Of a DNA stretch of 25,429 nucleotides, positions 24,606 through 25,429 are shown in pieces. The position numbers and the translations under genes were made by a program. Each line of letters starts with the position of its first letter. Position 1 is the first letter of the stretch. The notes below the pieces were generated by a model, which was not told the origin of the DNA, searched no databases, and worked only from the letters and a program-made list of their open reading frames with translations. Source of the stretch: Clostridiales bacterium (lineage in GTDB: Bacteria > Bacillota > Clostridia > Oscillospirales > Oscillospiraceae); the NCBI GenBank assembly GCA_022768185.1, contig JALEMS010000015.1, positions 1 to 25,429 of the forward strand, read 5' to 3'.

Positions 24606-25429
24606 TCACTCGCTCAACAGGCGTATATAGTGATTGGCCTCACGCAGAACATGATCTGCCAGGAGCGGCAGGATAATCGACCGGATTTGGCAGTTTTCGA
24701 TTCCCTGAACACCAGCGGTTTTGAAGTCTCTGAATTTCAGTGTCTCGTTCAGAGATTCCTGCCGGAGCATCGCCGCATCGTTTGCCGCTCTGGCTGTCGC
24801 CAGCAACGCCGCATACTCCTGAGCAAAGGTGTTGGATGTCTTTACCAGCTCATCCTCAGCAGGGTCCAACAGCCCACGGATAAACAGTGCGTGTTCCATC
24901 ATGATCTGGTTCCAGAAAAGCTCCGTCTCTCTCATGGACTGGCCATCCAAATTGGTCCCGTTCTCCACATTGCAGATAAAGGTCCGATACAGCTTCGCCT
25001 CACGGATGATGTGCTCGATCAGCAGTGGATAGTTTGTGGTAAACATACGGCAGCGGAGCATCCCATTGAGGACTCTTTCCTTAAATCCGATCAGGCCGTC
25101 CAGCAAATTGAGCGCGGTCCGATTCAACCGCTCGACCTGACGGCACAGCGCCGGATGGACGCAGACCGGATCGCCGCAGGTTAAACGGGCTTCCATTTTG
25201 GTGATTTCTTTGTCGATCGGGATCCCGGTAAAACACTGGGTCTGTGTCTCCGCGTTCGCGGTAAACTCCGTCAGGAGTTCACCGGAGGTGAGCACGCGGC
25301 TGCCCACCACGCCGTCGCTCAAAAGAACGGCGCACCGCAGCAGCGTTTCAAATTCCCGCTTATAATACTCTGCCTGATGGATAAAATCCTTATTTACCGG
25401 TGTAAAGCCCGCCTTTAAAAACAGAGCAT
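24606..25429 (-). CDS. Hypothetical protein with two internal helical repeats (DUF2935-like, from memory). The N-terminus lies beyond the window.
   Basis: The frame is open to the window edge with no in-frame stop upstream of the track's TTG. The repeats end in the related motifs LLIEHIIREAKLYRTFI and LLADHVLREANHYIRLL. Confidence 0.5.
   Translation of the reverse strand, partial: ALFLKAGFTPVNKDFIHQAEYYKREFETLLRCAVLLSDGVVGSRVLTSGELLTEFTANAETQTQCFTGIPIDKEITKMEARLTCGDPVCVHPALCRQVERLNRTALNLLDGLIGFKERVLNGMLRCRMFTTNYPLLIEHIIREAKLYRTFICNVENGTNLDGQSMRETELFWNQIMMEHALFIRGLLDPAEDELVKTSNTFAQEYAALLATARAANDAAMLRQESLNETLKFRDFKTAGVQGIENCQIRSIILPLLADHVLREANHYIRLLSE

Overview
This is a high-GC (about 65%) chromosomal segment that looks like a Gram-positive anaerobe, probably Clostridia or Oscillospiraceae. 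That placement is a judgement from gene content and RBS style only. In window order, it holds: (1) a minus-strand branched-chain amino-acid ABC transporter operon, livJ-like SBP, livH, livM, livG, livF, at 485-5437, with flanking terminators. (2) A small two-TM membrane protein gene with its own consensus promoter and terminator. (3) A membrane protein with a degenerate kinase C-lobe, one TM helix, Pro/Thr/Asp-rich tandem-repeat linkers and a C-terminal C-type lectin-like domain. (4) An Sfp-type 4'-phosphopantetheinyl transferase and an M18 aminopeptidase. (5) A divergent DUF1836 / DegV(FakB-like) pair driven from a palindromic promoter region. (6) The most interesting block: two overlapping, translationally coupled paralogous WYL-domain regulators (PafBC-like), then a terminator, then a roughly 450-nt leader that carries a tRNA-like element with a consensus T-arm but no acceptor stem, then a cytoplasmic SPFH/band-7 protein, the RNA ligase RtcB and the CCA-adding enzyme. 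I read this as a candidate WYL-controlled tRNA-damage response and repair module. (7) A convergent SulP/STAS anion transporter with an unusual C-terminal coiled-coil extension. (8) A DUF421 (YetF-like) membrane protein, an unannotated 55-aa ORF, a cupin and a vWA/DUF11-like protein. (9) A second tRNA 3'-end fragment with encoded CCA on the minus strand. (10) A 5'-truncated minus-strand gene for a duplicated-helical (DUF2935-like) protein. The many long ORFs antisense to these genes are GC-driven artefacts. No CRISPR array, transposase or integrase is visible.
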